Below are positions 6,271 to 16,045 of a DNA stretch of 32,000 bases, one piece after another. The notes below the pieces were generated by a model that had not been told where the DNA came from, did no database searches, and saw only the letters and a program-made list of their open reading frames with translations. The position numbers and the translations under genes are program-made. Each line of letters opens with the position of its first letter. Positions within the stretch are counted from its first letter, which is position 1. Source of the stretch: Candidatus Iainarchaeum sp. Its GTDB lineage: Archaea > Iainarchaeota > Iainarchaeia > Iainarchaeales > JAZDEL01. The stretch covers positions 120,001 through 152,000 of the forward strand of contig JAZDEL010000001.1 in the NCBI GenBank assembly GCA_043808785.1, written 5' to 3'.

Positions 6271-9200
6271 CGGATGTCCACGCGCCCGTAATGGACGTGA
6301 ATGCCGCGGGCTTGAACTTTCAGGTTACAACCATAAACCTCTGGGACAACAGCGCGGACTGGAACATATTTTTTCAACAAAGTTTGGGTGGGTTAGTTAC
6401 GCAATTATATGATGAAAACAGGGCTGGAACAACAAACTTTTCCTCAACAAACGAATTTGACAGGTGGTATGCCACAATATCAGGGAGCGGAAAACAGGAA
6501 ATCAATGATGCAAGCGCAAGGCTTTGGAAAATGGGGGACTTAAATTCGCGGGCGCAGATAGTTTCAGAAAGCGCGTTTTATAGGTGTTCAGGAGGACTGT
6601 GTAACTTCGATGTGAACACTTATCGCGTAAATTCAATTTACCCCATAGGGCGCACCGAAACAGGGCACGGAATAGTGCGCTGGGTCGTGCACATGGAAAT
6701 GACTGACACGAACCTGCTGAAAGCGACAACTGACTACAACGCGTTTCACCACGCAATCAGCGTGGGGGCGCCCACAAAATACGACTTCAATTCCTTCACA
6801 GACAACAATGTTGGGGCGCCGGGCGATGCGGAATGGTGGCACGGGCAGCAGTATACGAGGCAGAGCGGCGATGCGAACCAGGTCTTTGTTATTGGTTATT
6901 CCCCAAACAGGGTGCAGCGTTTTTTTGAGCGCCTGTGGAATCCAACCAGCGCAAACCAATGGGTAAGCGATAATTGCATAAACTTGGACCCAAACGACAG
7001 TTGCTGGAATGACAATAACCTCTACCCGCAATTCAACGCTGGCGAAATGGAATACCTGAATTACGTTATTTTTCTAACGGACACAAATTGGTTTACTTCA
7101 ATTAATGGCAACATATATGCGTTGACAGACGAAAACCGCATAGATTACGTAATGCAGGACTGGCGCAACCCCGACACGCCGTTCATGCAGAAGGGCGTTT
7201 TCAGTTATTTCGACTTCAATGTCGGCGCATACGACATGAACGCCGACATGAACCGCGTGGACTTCAATATGGACACGCGCGGGACAAAGAATTCGTACAA
7301 CGAGTTCTATTCGGACATGAACACGATGGATACGAACCGCTACCGCCCGGCTTTTGTCGTGCGCAATTATACTGCGGATGCTGTGCCAGAGGTGAAAATA
7401 AACGGCAGGTTCGGCACCTACGATGTGAACTACATGGCGGACGTGAACTGGGCCGCGGATTATGCCGTTGTTGTCTGGTACGGCGATTTGACCCTGCCCG
7501 ACCAGAACGTGCAGCTGCAGATAGGCTATGACATAAATGCGCCGGCGGTTTCGATTACCTCCCCTTCCGTGGGCTCCTCGACTGCGGCAACCTCGATGAA
7601 CATAAAATACTGGGGCATCGACATGAACACGGGGATAAAGAAATATTACGTGCGCATGGACGCGGGGGACTGGATTGACAATAATGTGAGCATAACCAAA
7701 AACTTCCTCGGGTTAGGTGCGGGGGAGCATACGGCTTATGTTATCGCAACGGACAATGCGGACAATAACTCCGCGCAGGCGAGTGTTACCTTTACCTTGA
7801 CCGCGCCTGCGCTGACAATAAGGCACCTTGACGTGAACGCGACAGGGGCGAATTTTGAGGTGGGGACGGCGGATTTCAATGTGTTTTTCCAGCAGAGTGA
7901 GGGTGGATGCATAACGAAAGTCGTTGATTTGAACAGGGATTCGGCAAAGAAAAATTTGTCTGTCAGCAGTGGCAGCGAGTTCTTTGATCACTGGTTTGGG
8001 ACAGACAGCAGCAGTCAGAGCAGGACAGAGGGTGATGATAATGCCTCACAATTATGGAAAGCCGAGGACCTGAACAGCAGGGTTAAAATCACGTCAAGCG
8101 GCGCATTAACCCGCTGGGGCGCGGCAGGGGAAAGCATCTCCGGCACAAGCGGGCAGATTTACGACCTTAATTTCCTAAAAACCACGACAATTTACCCGAT
8201 AGTGGGCGGGTTCAGGCTTGTGATTCACGACGAATTTACCGACGTAAACTCCGCAGCCACGGATTATGGTTGGTTTTACCACGGCACCGAGATAATCTCA
8301 AGCACATTCTACACCTATTCGGATAATAATTGGGGCGGGACTGGTTGGGGCGCCAAGGTTCTTGATAAGTCTTTCTGGCGCGGAATGCAGCGCTATGACC
8401 TGAACTCCGATTTTGACGCAAATACGGTCATTGTAATCGCTTATGAAAAGCCAACCTCACAAAAGTTCTTCAACGGCAAATGGGACCCATCAGTCGTTGT
8501 GTCCAATTGGGGGCTCCCCTCCAGTGGCACCTATTGGGCCGATTCTACCCTTTCCGATTTCAGCGCAGGCGAGATGGATTACATAAATTACACCATTATC
8601 CTCATCGGCACTAAGGAATTCGGGCAGGTAATTCCCGGAATACAGGAAGCCCCGGACGAGAACTTTGTTGATTATTACATGCTCGACTACCGCAATCCCG
8701 ACAATTTGTTCATGGCAACAGGCACCTCGCAGGGCTTTGATTACAACCACGGCGCCTATCTTGTCACTGCAAGCGGCAACCGCGTGGACTTCAACATCTC
8801 CACTAACGGAATATACAACGACCACAACAACTGGGACACTAACCGCTACAGCCCCGCCTTTGAAATCGCAAACTACACAGCAAGCACCCGCCCATTGATG
8901 CGCCTGAACAACGTCGATTTGAACGAGGGGATTGACTTTGTTGCGGATGTGAACACCGAGGGCCAGTACGCGGTTGTTGTCTGGTTCGGCGATTTGACAG
9001 GGGACGACCAGAACGCGCAGATACAGATTGACAACGACTGGGCCGCGGGCGCGAACACCGCCCCAGATGTTAATGTAACCTCTCCCAGTGACGCAAATTA
9101 CCTCTCGCAATACACGGGAGGATATGACCACAACATTTCCCTTGTTTTCAGCGTGATGGATGCGGAGGGAGATGAACTCAATGCGGATTTGTATTATTCA

Positions 9201-12200
9201 ACCTCCGCGGGGGATTTCACTACTGCGATAATCAACGACCTCAACCTCAACGACCACGCAAACAACGCCGCGCTTTCCTGCGATGATGTGGACTGGACGG
9301 ACGCCACAACATGCGTCTTTGACTGGAACGTTTCAGCAATAGCGGACGGCAACTACTTCATTGATTTGAATGTCTTCGACACCTCGGATTTGAACAAGGT
9401 GGACTCGAGTGCGGTCTCGTTCTACATAGACAACACTGAGCCCTCCACAAGCTGGGACGGCAACAGAACATGGAGCAAGCACGACCAGAACATAACTTTG
9501 ACATGCACCGATGACACAGCGTGCGCCTCGACAAAATACAGGTTAGACACCAACGGTGCCTCGGTTGTGAGTTATGGGGCGTGGCAAACATACACCGCGG
9601 CGGGAATTTCCGTAACCGACGACGGCAATTACGCGATTGATTTCAACAGCACGGACACAGCGGGAAACGTGGGAGATACAAACACATTCTACATTTTGAT
9701 AGACAAGAACTCGCCCGCTGTTTCGTTCACCTCGCCCGCTGCGGGCTCCGAAACGGCGGCAAACTCGATGAACGTCAAATACTCAGGCAACGATTCAAAC
9801 GGCAGCGGAATCCTGAGATACTGGGTAAAAATGGATTCGGGCGAATACATAAACAACGGCACGAACATAACCAAAAACTTCCTCGGGTTAGGGGCGGGTT
9901 CACATACCGCTTCGGTTATTGCGACCGACAATGCGGACAACAACTCGAGCACGGCGAGCGTGACATTTACCCTTACAACGCCCGCAGTGACAAAGCGCTA
10001 CCTCGACGTGAACCAGACAGGGCTGAACTTCGAGGTCGGCACAGCGGACTTCAATTTGTTCTTTAACCAGGGCCAAGGGGGCGTTGTAACTGGCTTTGCA
10101 GACCTGAACGTGGACGCAAGGGTTAAAACAAATTTTGCAGGGACCAGCGGCCTGAGCACTTGGATGATGCAGCACGTCCCCAGCACCTTCTGGAGATACG
10201 AAAACCAGGACACCAGCGCAAGGCTGAGCCTTGACGAGGACCTGAACGCAAGGGTGAAAATAGGCGCAGAAGGCGCACTTATGACTTCCACCAGCAAAGT
10301 GTTCGACCTCAATTTCACGAAAACGAACACTATTTACCCGAACGGGAAATGGTATGTCACCATGATTTTTACCGACACCAACACCGATGCCACGAATTAC
10401 GCAACTACGAGGCATTACGAATGCGCAGACAATGATTATACTGCGGTATATAGGGACAATGACGACGCCACCCCCGACCCCGGGTTCGAATGGTGGCACC
10501 AGCTTGTGCGGAAAGACCTGAATTCGGATTACGATTCAAATACATCCGTGACCTGCGGCTACGACACGCCCTCCGCGCTTAAGTTCTTCACGGGAAAGTG
10601 GAATGTCGACGGCATTCCCAGTGCCCTTTCCGGCTGCACCAGCGGCGGCGGCTGGGCGGCAACGCTTGACCCCGAATTCGCCGCAGGCGAGGTTTCATAC
10701 CTCAATTATATGCTTTACATAAGCAACATGAGGGAAACGGGACCGGCCAGTGAGGAAGAGTTTATAGATTCCTTTTACCTCGATTACCGCACGCCCGACG
10801 ATTTGTTCATGACAACGGGAACATCGCAGGGTTTCGATGTAAATGTCGGGGCATACAAGCTCACAGCCAGCGGCAACCGCGTGGACTTCAACATCTCCAC
10901 TAAGGTAGGGGCGACGGATGTCAACAGGTACAAGCCCGCGTTCGAGATTTCCAATTACACCGCATCCACAAGGCCGCTCCTCAGGCACAACGGCGCGGAC
11001 AAGAACGAGGGAATTGATTTCATCGCTGACGTCAACACAGTGGGGCAGTACGCCGTTGTGGTGTGGATGGGCGACATCCTGACAACGGATGTCAATGCGC
11101 AGTTCCAGATTGACGACTCATGGGTAACGGACACAAACGCCCCCTCCACCTCCTGGGACGGCAACGCCTCATGGAGCAAATACGACCAGAACATACGCCT
11201 CACATGCACCGATGACAGTTCAGGCTGCGCAAGCACGAAATACAGGCTGGACACCAATGGCTCATCAACGGTTTCATATGGTTCATGGGCGGCATACACC
11301 TCCGCAGGCATCTCGGTAACGGGAGACGGAAACTTCGCCCTTGACTTCAATTCAACAGACACGGCGGGCAACGTTGGGGATACAAACACCAAATACGTGT
11401 TGATAGACAGCAACGCCCCCGCGGTTTCCTTCACCTCCCCCGCTGCGGGTTCCTCCACGGCGGCAAACTCGATGAACGTCAAATACTCAGGCAATGATTC
11501 AAACGGCAGCGGAATAACTAAATATTATGTTCGCATGGACTCAGGGAACTGGATAGACAACAATGTGAACATCACAAGAAACTTCTTAGGGTTAACTGCG
11601 GGCGAGCACACCGCTTACGTGATTGCAACGGATAATGCCGACAATAATTCAAGCACTGCGAGCGTGACGTTTACCTTAACCACACCTGCGGCGACCGTAA
11701 GGCACCTTGACGTGAACGCGACAGGGGCGAATTTCGAGGTGGGGACTGCGGATTTTAACCTGTTCTTCCAGCAGGATAGAGGTGGGGGCATATCAAGGCT
11801 TGTTGATTTGAACAGGGATGGCGTGCTTAAAACCAACGATGTGGGTTCTTTATGCTACTATAGCTCTTATAGTTTTCCTGGACTGCTTGACGGGTGGCAT
11901 GCCAGGATGGATACGGGCACAAGGCACAGGACGCTTCATGACGACAACAGCGCGCAACTGTGGAAAGCCGAGGATTTGAACAGCAGGGTTCAGATAAAAT
12001 CCAGTGGCGCGCTCATGGATTGGAATGGTGCAGGCTCCCCGCATTGGGATTTGAACTTTACCCAGACAAACACCGTTTACCCAGTTCTTGGCGGTTTAAG
12101 GGTTGCAGTCCACCTTGAGATGACGGACACAAACTCGGGGGCAACAAATTATGGCGCCCCATTCACTAATATTTATTGTACAAGCGGCTTTGTCACATAC

Positions 12201-15200
12201 ACAGACAACAATGTAACCAACCCCGCAGGCAATGAATGGTGGTATGCAGTCCAGCGCCGCGATTTGAATTCGGACTTCGACGCAAACACGGCAATTGCCC
12301 GCGGCTACGCCAAGCGCGCAGCAGATGCCCATTTTTACAACAACAAATGGGACCCGACTTGGGTTGATGCGTGGGTGAACACAAACGGCGGTAATTGGAC
12401 TGCCAATAGCGGTCTTACTACTCAATTCAACGCTGGGGAAACCGACTACATAAACTACACGCTTTACATCGCCAGCACAAAGGAACTTGGGCAGGTAATA
12501 TACGGGGCTGCTGCCGGATCTTCCGGAATAAAGAACGCCCCCGACGAAAACAAAATCGATTACATCATGCTCGATTACCGCAATCCCGACAATTTATTCA
12601 TGACAACAGGCACCTCGCAGGGCTTTGATTACAACCACGGCGCCTATCTTGTCACTGCAAGCGGCAACCGCGTGGACTTCAACATCTCCACTAACGGAAT
12701 ATACAACGACCACAACAACTGGGACACTAACAGGTACAGCCCGGCGTTCGAAATCAGCGGTTACACAGCCTCCACCCGCCCGCTCATGCGCCTTAACGGG
12801 GCGGATTTGAACGAGGGAATCGACTTTGTTGCGGATGTGAACGATTCCGCGGATTATGCGGTTGTTGTTTGGTTAGGCTCGCTCACGGGAGACGACCAGA
12901 ACGCGCAATTGCAGATTGCCTCATCATGGGACTCAAACGCCCCCGCTGTTTCGATAACCTCCCCCGCCTCGGGCTCCTCGACGGCGGCGAACTCCATGAA
13001 CGTAAAATACTGGGGCGTGGATGTGGACACGGGAATAAAGAAATACTACGTCCAGATGGATTCTTTGGGATGGATAGACAACGGCACGAACATCACGCGC
13101 AAGTTCTTCGGCTTAGCTGCGGGTTCGCACACGGCTTACGTAATTGCCGTTGATAACGCGGACAACAATTCAACAACGGCGAGCGTTACCTTTACCTTAA
13201 CCACGCCTGCGGCGACCGTAAGGCACCTTGACGTGAACGCGACAGGGGCGAATTTTGAGGTGGGGACGGCGGACTTTAATATGCTCTTCAACCAGCAGTA
13301 CGGCGGGGGAATTACGAAAATATTTGACCTGAATCGTGATGGGGTAATTAAAACCAACTTTGCGTCGGCTGTTTATTCGACTTTTGAGTTTGACCAATGG
13401 GTGGCGGCGATTGGTGCCCAGAGCCGCGTGATGGCTGATGACAACGGCGCCCAATTATGGAAAGCCGAGGATTTGAACAGCAGGGTTAAGATAAGTTCAA
13501 GCGGGGCGTTTATTGAATGGGATGGCGCACCCGCTGGGCCGAAATGGGACTTGAATTTCAACAGGACATATGCAATATATCCTATTACAGGCGGTCTCAA
13601 AATTGTTGCACACCTTGAAATGACTGACACAAACAGTTCGGCAACAAATTATGACATTTTTCGCCATGTTTTTTATTCGAAAGGTTCAGGGACTGTTACA
13701 CATACGGACAACAATGTGTCCGCACCAGCGGGAACAGAATGGTGGTATGCAGTCCAGCGCACTGATTTGAACTCCGACTTTGATGCAAACACAGCGATTG
13801 CCCGCGGCTATGCCAAGCGCGCCGCAGATTCAAGTTTTTACAACGAGAAATGGGACCCAACTGCCGTGCACATGTGGTATACTAGCGGTTGGGCTAACTG
13901 GCAAGATGGCGATCTCTCCCCTGAATTCCAGCCAGGCGAAACCGATTACGTAAATTACATTATGTATTTCGCAAGCACAACCGAACTTGGGGGGGTGACT
14001 TATGGGTTGTCTTCGGGAATACAGTCCGCCCCCGACGAAAACAAAATCGATTACATCATGCTCGACTACCGCAACCCCGACAATCTGTTCATGGCAACAG
14101 GCACCTCGCAGGGCTTCGATTCCAACACGGGCGCCTACAAGGTTACCGCTTCGGGCAACAGCGTTGACTTCAACATCTGCACTAACGGAATAATGAACGA
14201 CCAGAACCTCTGGGACACGAACAGGTACAGCCCCGCGTTTGAAATCGCAAGTTACACCGCCTCCACGCGCCCCTTAATGCGCCTGAACAACGTGGATTTG
14301 AACGAGGGAATTGATTATGTTTCCGATGTGAACACTGCAGGCGATTACGCGGTTGTAGTCTGGCTCGGCGATTTGACTGTTGAGGATTCGAATGCGCAGC
14401 TGCAGGTTGCGGCAAGCTGGAATGCCGCGCCGACGGTAGCCATAACGCACCCTATAGACAGGCTTTCAACGACGGGGAACGGGATAACCGTGGCATACTC
14501 GGGCACGTCCCAGAACGGGATTGCGAAATATTACGTCAGGATTGACACTAATGATTGGATAGACAACGGCACTAGCACATCATACTCCTTCAGCGGCCTG
14601 AACTATGCGGCGCACGTTGTGTATGTAATCGCAAATGACACAACGGATGTGAATTCCGCTACGGCAAGCGCATCATTCACGCTTTCCCCGATAGGGGAGG
14701 CGCCGGTAACGGAGGCAATCGGCGGAACCCCTGAGGAAGGGGGCGCGCAGGGAACGGAAGGAACTCAGGGAACCGAAGGGCAGGCAGCGCAGACCGAAAC
14801 AATAGCGGAATCAACCTTCGTATTCGAACAGAGGGGGCAGGGCGCAAGAGGCGCGCTTGCAGGGCTCGGCATCCCGCAGGTCCAGCTGGAGCAGGCAGCG
14901 GCAATGTCGGGCAAGGTGATAAGGTCTGTGGAAATAACAAAGGCGCTCAAAGGCGAAATGCTTTATTACAACAGCAAAATAACCCTTGTAGTAATGAACA
15001 CATCCATGGAGGATATGAAGGACGTGAGCATTGTCGAGCACATACCCAAGGAAATAGCGCAGGACGCATCTGAAATAAACTCCGAAACGCCCTTCATCGT
15101 TATAAAGGGCGACCCTATTGTAAGATTCATGATTGGCGACATCAATGCAGGCGGGGAAACGGAGATAACCTACTTGGTGCCAAATGCAATAAGCATTGGC

Positions 15201-15872
15201 GGCGCAAGGGCGGCAATAGAATACTACTCATCCAATGCCCCGATAATAGCGGGCTCGCCGCGTTTGGGGGTGGCTGAGAGCATCAAATATGCCGTGCTCA
15301 GCTCCCTGTACCGCTATGTTCCCACAAAAAGCCAGATAACCGAAACCCTGAGGAGCGCGGGCATGGATGTAAGCAAGGCAGCGGAGGCGTTGCGCATAAA
15401 CAGCCTCGTTACCCTGTACAAGGGCGGAACAGTGATTGCGGAGGAAGGCATGCATGGCACAAAATACACCACAAACTTCACCATAAAGGTCGTGAACAGC
15501 TCGGACAAGCCCATAATGGATACGCGTGTGCTGGAGGTAATCCCGAAAACAATTGCGGAAACCGCAAACCTTGTAAATGCAAAGGGAAACCACAGGGTGC
15601 TTGTTCAGGACCCGGTGCTTGAGTTTGAAATAGGCACGCTTCCCGCGGGAAAATCGGCAACAGTGCAGTACGAAGTCGGGAAGAAAGTGGGCAGGCAGGA
15701 GATAGAGGAGCTGTCCGCCCCTGTAGTGACGGGCGTAACCGAAGAGCCTGCAAAGGAGGAGGCGCCGAAGGACGACACCCTGTTAATTATAGGGCTTGCG
15801 GCGCTTGCGGTTATATGCGTGGGCGCATTCCTGATGAAAAAGTACGAGATAAAGCTTGAGCTTGAGATATGA
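6084..15872 (+). CDS. Giant (3,262 aa) modular, C-terminally membrane-anchored cell-surface protein
   Basis: This is an uninterrupted 9,789-nt ORF. The signal-like segment is ...VSALFLALLIVLAADVHA. Five ~430-aa modules are each followed by a ~90-aa Ig-like domain (SP..GS.TAA.SMN.KY.G.D..GI.KYYV.MD...WIDN..NIT..F.GL.AG.HTAYVIA.DNADNNS..ASVTFTL). There are two chitobiase-C/Big-like inserts (PSTSWDGN..WSK.DQNI.LTCTDD..CASTKYRLDTNG). The C-terminus has two beta-sandwich-like domains, the TM helix LLIIGLAALAVICVGAFLM and a short basic tail. The start is uncertain (ATG 6084 or ATG 6174). Confidence 0.9.
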   Translation: MNRRMPLFSRAPCEIPRSPCEIPRSVNARTMCGRLPVSARAPPPGGRLPVSALFLALLIVLAADVHAPVMDVNAAGLNFQVTTINLWDNSADWNIFFQQSLGGLVTQLYDENRAGTTNFSSTNEFDRWYATISGSGKQEINDASARLWKMGDLNSRAQIVSESAFYRCSGGLCNFDVNTYRVNSIYPIGRTETGHGIVRWVVHMEMTDTNLLKATTDYNAFHHAISVGAPTKYDFNSFTDNNVGAPGDAEWWHGQQYTRQSGDANQVFVIGYSPNRVQRFFERLWNPTSANQWVSDNCINLDPNDSCWNDNNLYPQFNAGEMEYLNYVIFLTDTNWFTSINGNIYALTDENRIDYVMQDWRNPDTPFMQKGVFSYFDFNVGAYDMNADMNRVDFNMDTRGTKNSYNEFYSDMNTMDTNRYRPAFVVRNYTADAVPEVKINGRFGTYDVNYMADVNWAADYAVVVWYGDLTLPDQNVQLQIGYDINAPAVSITSPSVGSSTAATSMNIKYWGIDMNTGIKKYYVRMDAGDWIDNNVSITKNFLGLGAGEHTAYVIATDNADNNSAQASVTFTLTAPALTIRHLDVNATGANFEVGTADFNVFFQQSEGGCITKVVDLNRDSAKKNLSVSSGSEFFDHWFGTDSSSQSRTEGDDNASQLWKAEDLNSRVKITSSGALTRWGAAGESISGTSGQIYDLNFLKTTTIYPIVGGFRLVIHDEFTDVNSAATDYGWFYHGTEIISSTFYTYSDNNWGGTGWGAKVLDKSFWRGMQRYDLNSDFDANTVIVIAYEKPTSQKFFNGKWDPSVVVSNWGLPSSGTYWADSTLSDFSAGEMDYINYTIILIGTKEFGQVIPGIQEAPDENFVDYYMLDYRNPDNLFMATGTSQGFDYNHGAYLVTASGNRVDFNISTNGIYNDHNNWDTNRYSPAFEIANYTASTRPLMRLNNVDLNEGIDFVADVNTEGQYAVVVWFGDLTGDDQNAQIQIDNDWAAGANTAPDVNVTSPSDANYLSQYTGGYDHNISLVFSVMDAEGDELNADLYYSTSAGDFTTAIINDLNLNDHANNAALSCDDVDWTDATTCVFDWNVSAIADGNYFIDLNVFDTSDLNKVDSSAVSFYIDNTEPSTSWDGNRTWSKHDQNITLTCTDDTACASTKYRLDTNGASVVSYGAWQTYTAAGISVTDDGNYAIDFNSTDTAGNVGDTNTFYILIDKNSPAVSFTSPAAGSETAANSMNVKYSGNDSNGSGILRYWVKMDSGEYINNGTNITKNFLGLGAGSHTASVIATDNADNNSSTASVTFTLTTPAVTKRYLDVNQTGLNFEVGTADFNLFFNQGQGGVVTGFADLNVDARVKTNFAGTSGLSTWMMQHVPSTFWRYENQDTSARLSLDEDLNARVKIGAEGALMTSTSKVFDLNFTKTNTIYPNGKWYVTMIFTDTNTDATNYATTRHYECADNDYTAVYRDNDDATPDPGFEWWHQLVRKDLNSDYDSNTSVTCGYDTPSALKFFTGKWNVDGIPSALSGCTSGGGWAATLDPEFAAGEVSYLNYMLYISNMRETGPASEEEFIDSFYLDYRTPDDLFMTTGTSQGFDVNVGAYKLTASGNRVDFNISTKVGATDVNRYKPAFEISNYTASTRPLLRHNGADKNEGIDFIADVNTVGQYAVVVWMGDILTTDVNAQFQIDDSWVTDTNAPSTSWDGNASWSKYDQNIRLTCTDDSSGCASTKYRLDTNGSSTVSYGSWAAYTSAGISVTGDGNFALDFNSTDTAGNVGDTNTKYVLIDSNAPAVSFTSPAAGSSTAANSMNVKYSGNDSNGSGITKYYVRMDSGNWIDNNVNITRNFLGLTAGEHTAYVIATDNADNNSSTASVTFTLTTPAATVRHLDVNATGANFEVGTADFNLFFQQDRGGGISRLVDLNRDGVLKTNDVGSLCYYSSYSFPGLLDGWHARMDTGTRHRTLHDDNSAQLWKAEDLNSRVQIKSSGALMDWNGAGSPHWDLNFTQTNTVYPVLGGLRVAVHLEMTDTNSGATNYGAPFTNIYCTSGFVTYTDNNVTNPAGNEWWYAVQRRDLNSDFDANTAIARGYAKRAADAHFYNNKWDPTWVDAWVNTNGGNWTANSGLTTQFNAGETDYINYTLYIASTKELGQVIYGAAAGSSGIKNAPDENKIDYIMLDYRNPDNLFMTTGTSQGFDYNHGAYLVTASGNRVDFNISTNGIYNDHNNWDTNRYSPAFEISGYTASTRPLMRLNGADLNEGIDFVADVNDSADYAVVVWLGSLTGDDQNAQLQIASSWDSNAPAVSITSPASGSSTAANSMNVKYWGVDVDTGIKKYYVQMDSLGWIDNGTNITRKFFGLAAGSHTAYVIAVDNADNNSTTASVTFTLTTPAATVRHLDVNATGANFEVGTADFNMLFNQQYGGGITKIFDLNRDGVIKTNFASAVYSTFEFDQWVAAIGAQSRVMADDNGAQLWKAEDLNSRVKISSSGAFIEWDGAPAGPKWDLNFNRTYAIYPITGGLKIVAHLEMTDTNSSATNYDIFRHVFYSKGSGTVTHTDNNVSAPAGTEWWYAVQRTDLNSDFDANTAIARGYAKRAADSSFYNEKWDPTAVHMWYTSGWANWQDGDLSPEFQPGETDYVNYIMYFASTTELGGVTYGLSSGIQSAPDENKIDYIMLDYRNPDNLFMATGTSQGFDSNTGAYKVTASGNSVDFNICTNGIMNDQNLWDTNRYSPAFEIASYTASTRPLMRLNNVDLNEGIDYVSDVNTAGDYAVVVWLGDLTVEDSNAQLQVAASWNAAPTVAITHPIDRLSTTGNGITVAYSGTSQNGIAKYYVRIDTNDWIDNGTSTSYSFSGLNYAAHVVYVIANDTTDVNSATASASFTLSPIGEAPVTEAIGGTPEEGGAQGTEGTQGTEGQAAQTETIAESTFVFEQRGQGARGALAGLGIPQVQLEQAAAMSGKVIRSVEITKALKGEMLYYNSKITLVVMNTSMEDMKDVSIVEHIPKEIAQDASEINSETPFIVIKGDPIVRFMIGDINAGGETEITYLVPNAISIGGARAAIEYYSSNAPIIAGSPRLGVAESIKYAVLSSLYRYVPTKSQITETLRSAGMDVSKAAEALRINSLVTLYKGGTVIAEEGMHGTKYTTNFTIKVVNSSDKPIMDTRVLEVIPKTIAETANLVNAKGNHRVLVQDPVLEFEIGTLPAGKSATVQYEVGKKVGRQEIEELSAPVVTGVTEEPAKEEAPKDDTLLIIGLAALAVICVGAFLMKKYEIKLELEI
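6300..7803 (+). repeat. Giant-gene coding repeat 1 (module A1 6300-7535 + Ig-like B1 7536-7803)
   Basis: It starts with LNFQVTTINLWDNSADWNIFFQQSLGG and ends with NVQLQIGYDINAPAVSITSP...SVTFTLT. Boundaries are approximate. Confidence 0.75.
7804..9977 (+). repeat. Giant-gene coding repeat 2 (A2 7804-9050, extra Ig-like + chitobiase-C-like insert 9051-9707, Ig-like B2 9708-9977)
   Basis: The module runs from RHLDVNATGANFEVGTADFNVFFQQSEGG to NAQIQIDNDW. It is followed by APDVNVTSP..., EPSTSWDGNRTWSKHDQNITLTCTDD... and NSPAVSFTSP...SVTFTLT. Confidence 0.75.
9978..11681 (+). repeat. Giant-gene coding repeat 3 (A3 9978-11135, chitobiase-C-like 11136-11410, Ig-like B3 11411-11681)
   Basis: The module runs from RYLDVNQTGLNFEVGTADFNLFFNQGQGG to NAQFQIDDSW. 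It is followed by NAPSTSWDGNASWSKYDQNIRLTCTDD... and NAPAVSFTSP...SVTFTLT. Confidence 0.75.
11682..13201 (+). repeat. Giant-gene coding repeat 4 (A4 11682-12935 + Ig-like B4 12936-13201)
   Basis: The module runs from RHLDVNATGANFEVGTADFNLFFQQDRGG to NAQLQIASSW, followed by NAPAVSITSP...SVTFTLT. Confidence 0.75.
13202..14690 (+). repeat. Giant-gene coding repeat 5 (A5 13202-14420 + diverged Ig-like B5 14421-14690)
   Basis: The module runs from RHLDVNATGANFEVGTADFNMLFNQQYGG to NAQLQVAASW, followed by NAAPTVAITHP...ASASFTLSP. Confidence 0.75.
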
Positions 15873-15947
15873 GGCGGGCATGCGGAAACAGGCTTTATGG
15901 CTGATGGATGGCTGAACAACAGAGTGTGATTTAAAGCACAGGAAATG

Positions 15948-16034
15948 CCAAAATGCACAAAAAGTGCCAAAAACGTGCATCAAATTTTCTGTAGCGAACA
16001 TTTTTGTATACTTTTGTTCACTATAGTTTCTATG
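15948..16034. repeat. 87-bp dispersed repeat, copy 2 (just downstream of the giant gene)
   Basis: Gap-free alignment to 1085-1171 (76/87 identical). Confidence 0.8.
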
Positions 16035-16045
16035 GCGGGTTGAGG

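Noticed and set aside
8490-11494. Several 180-213-aa minus-strand ORFs inside the giant gene (8490-9131, 9900-10499, 10955-11494)
   Set aside because: They are shadow ORFs of a 9.8 kb uninterrupted plus-strand frame with repeated conserved protein modules. They recur only because the coding repeats recur.
6100-14700. Periodic repeats considered as a possible CRISPR array or satellite
   Set aside because: The repeat units are 1.5-2.2 kb, in frame, and encode conserved protein modules. There are no short 25-40 bp repeats with unique spacers, and no cas genes.
15945-16043. 32-codon ORF (MPKCTKSAKNVHQIFCSEHFCILLFTIVSMAG) inside 87-bp repeat copy 2
   Set aside because: Copy 1 is open in the same frame but has no start codon there and overlaps the ATPase upstream region. 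The substitutions are not obviously conservative. The ORF is too short to support as a gene.
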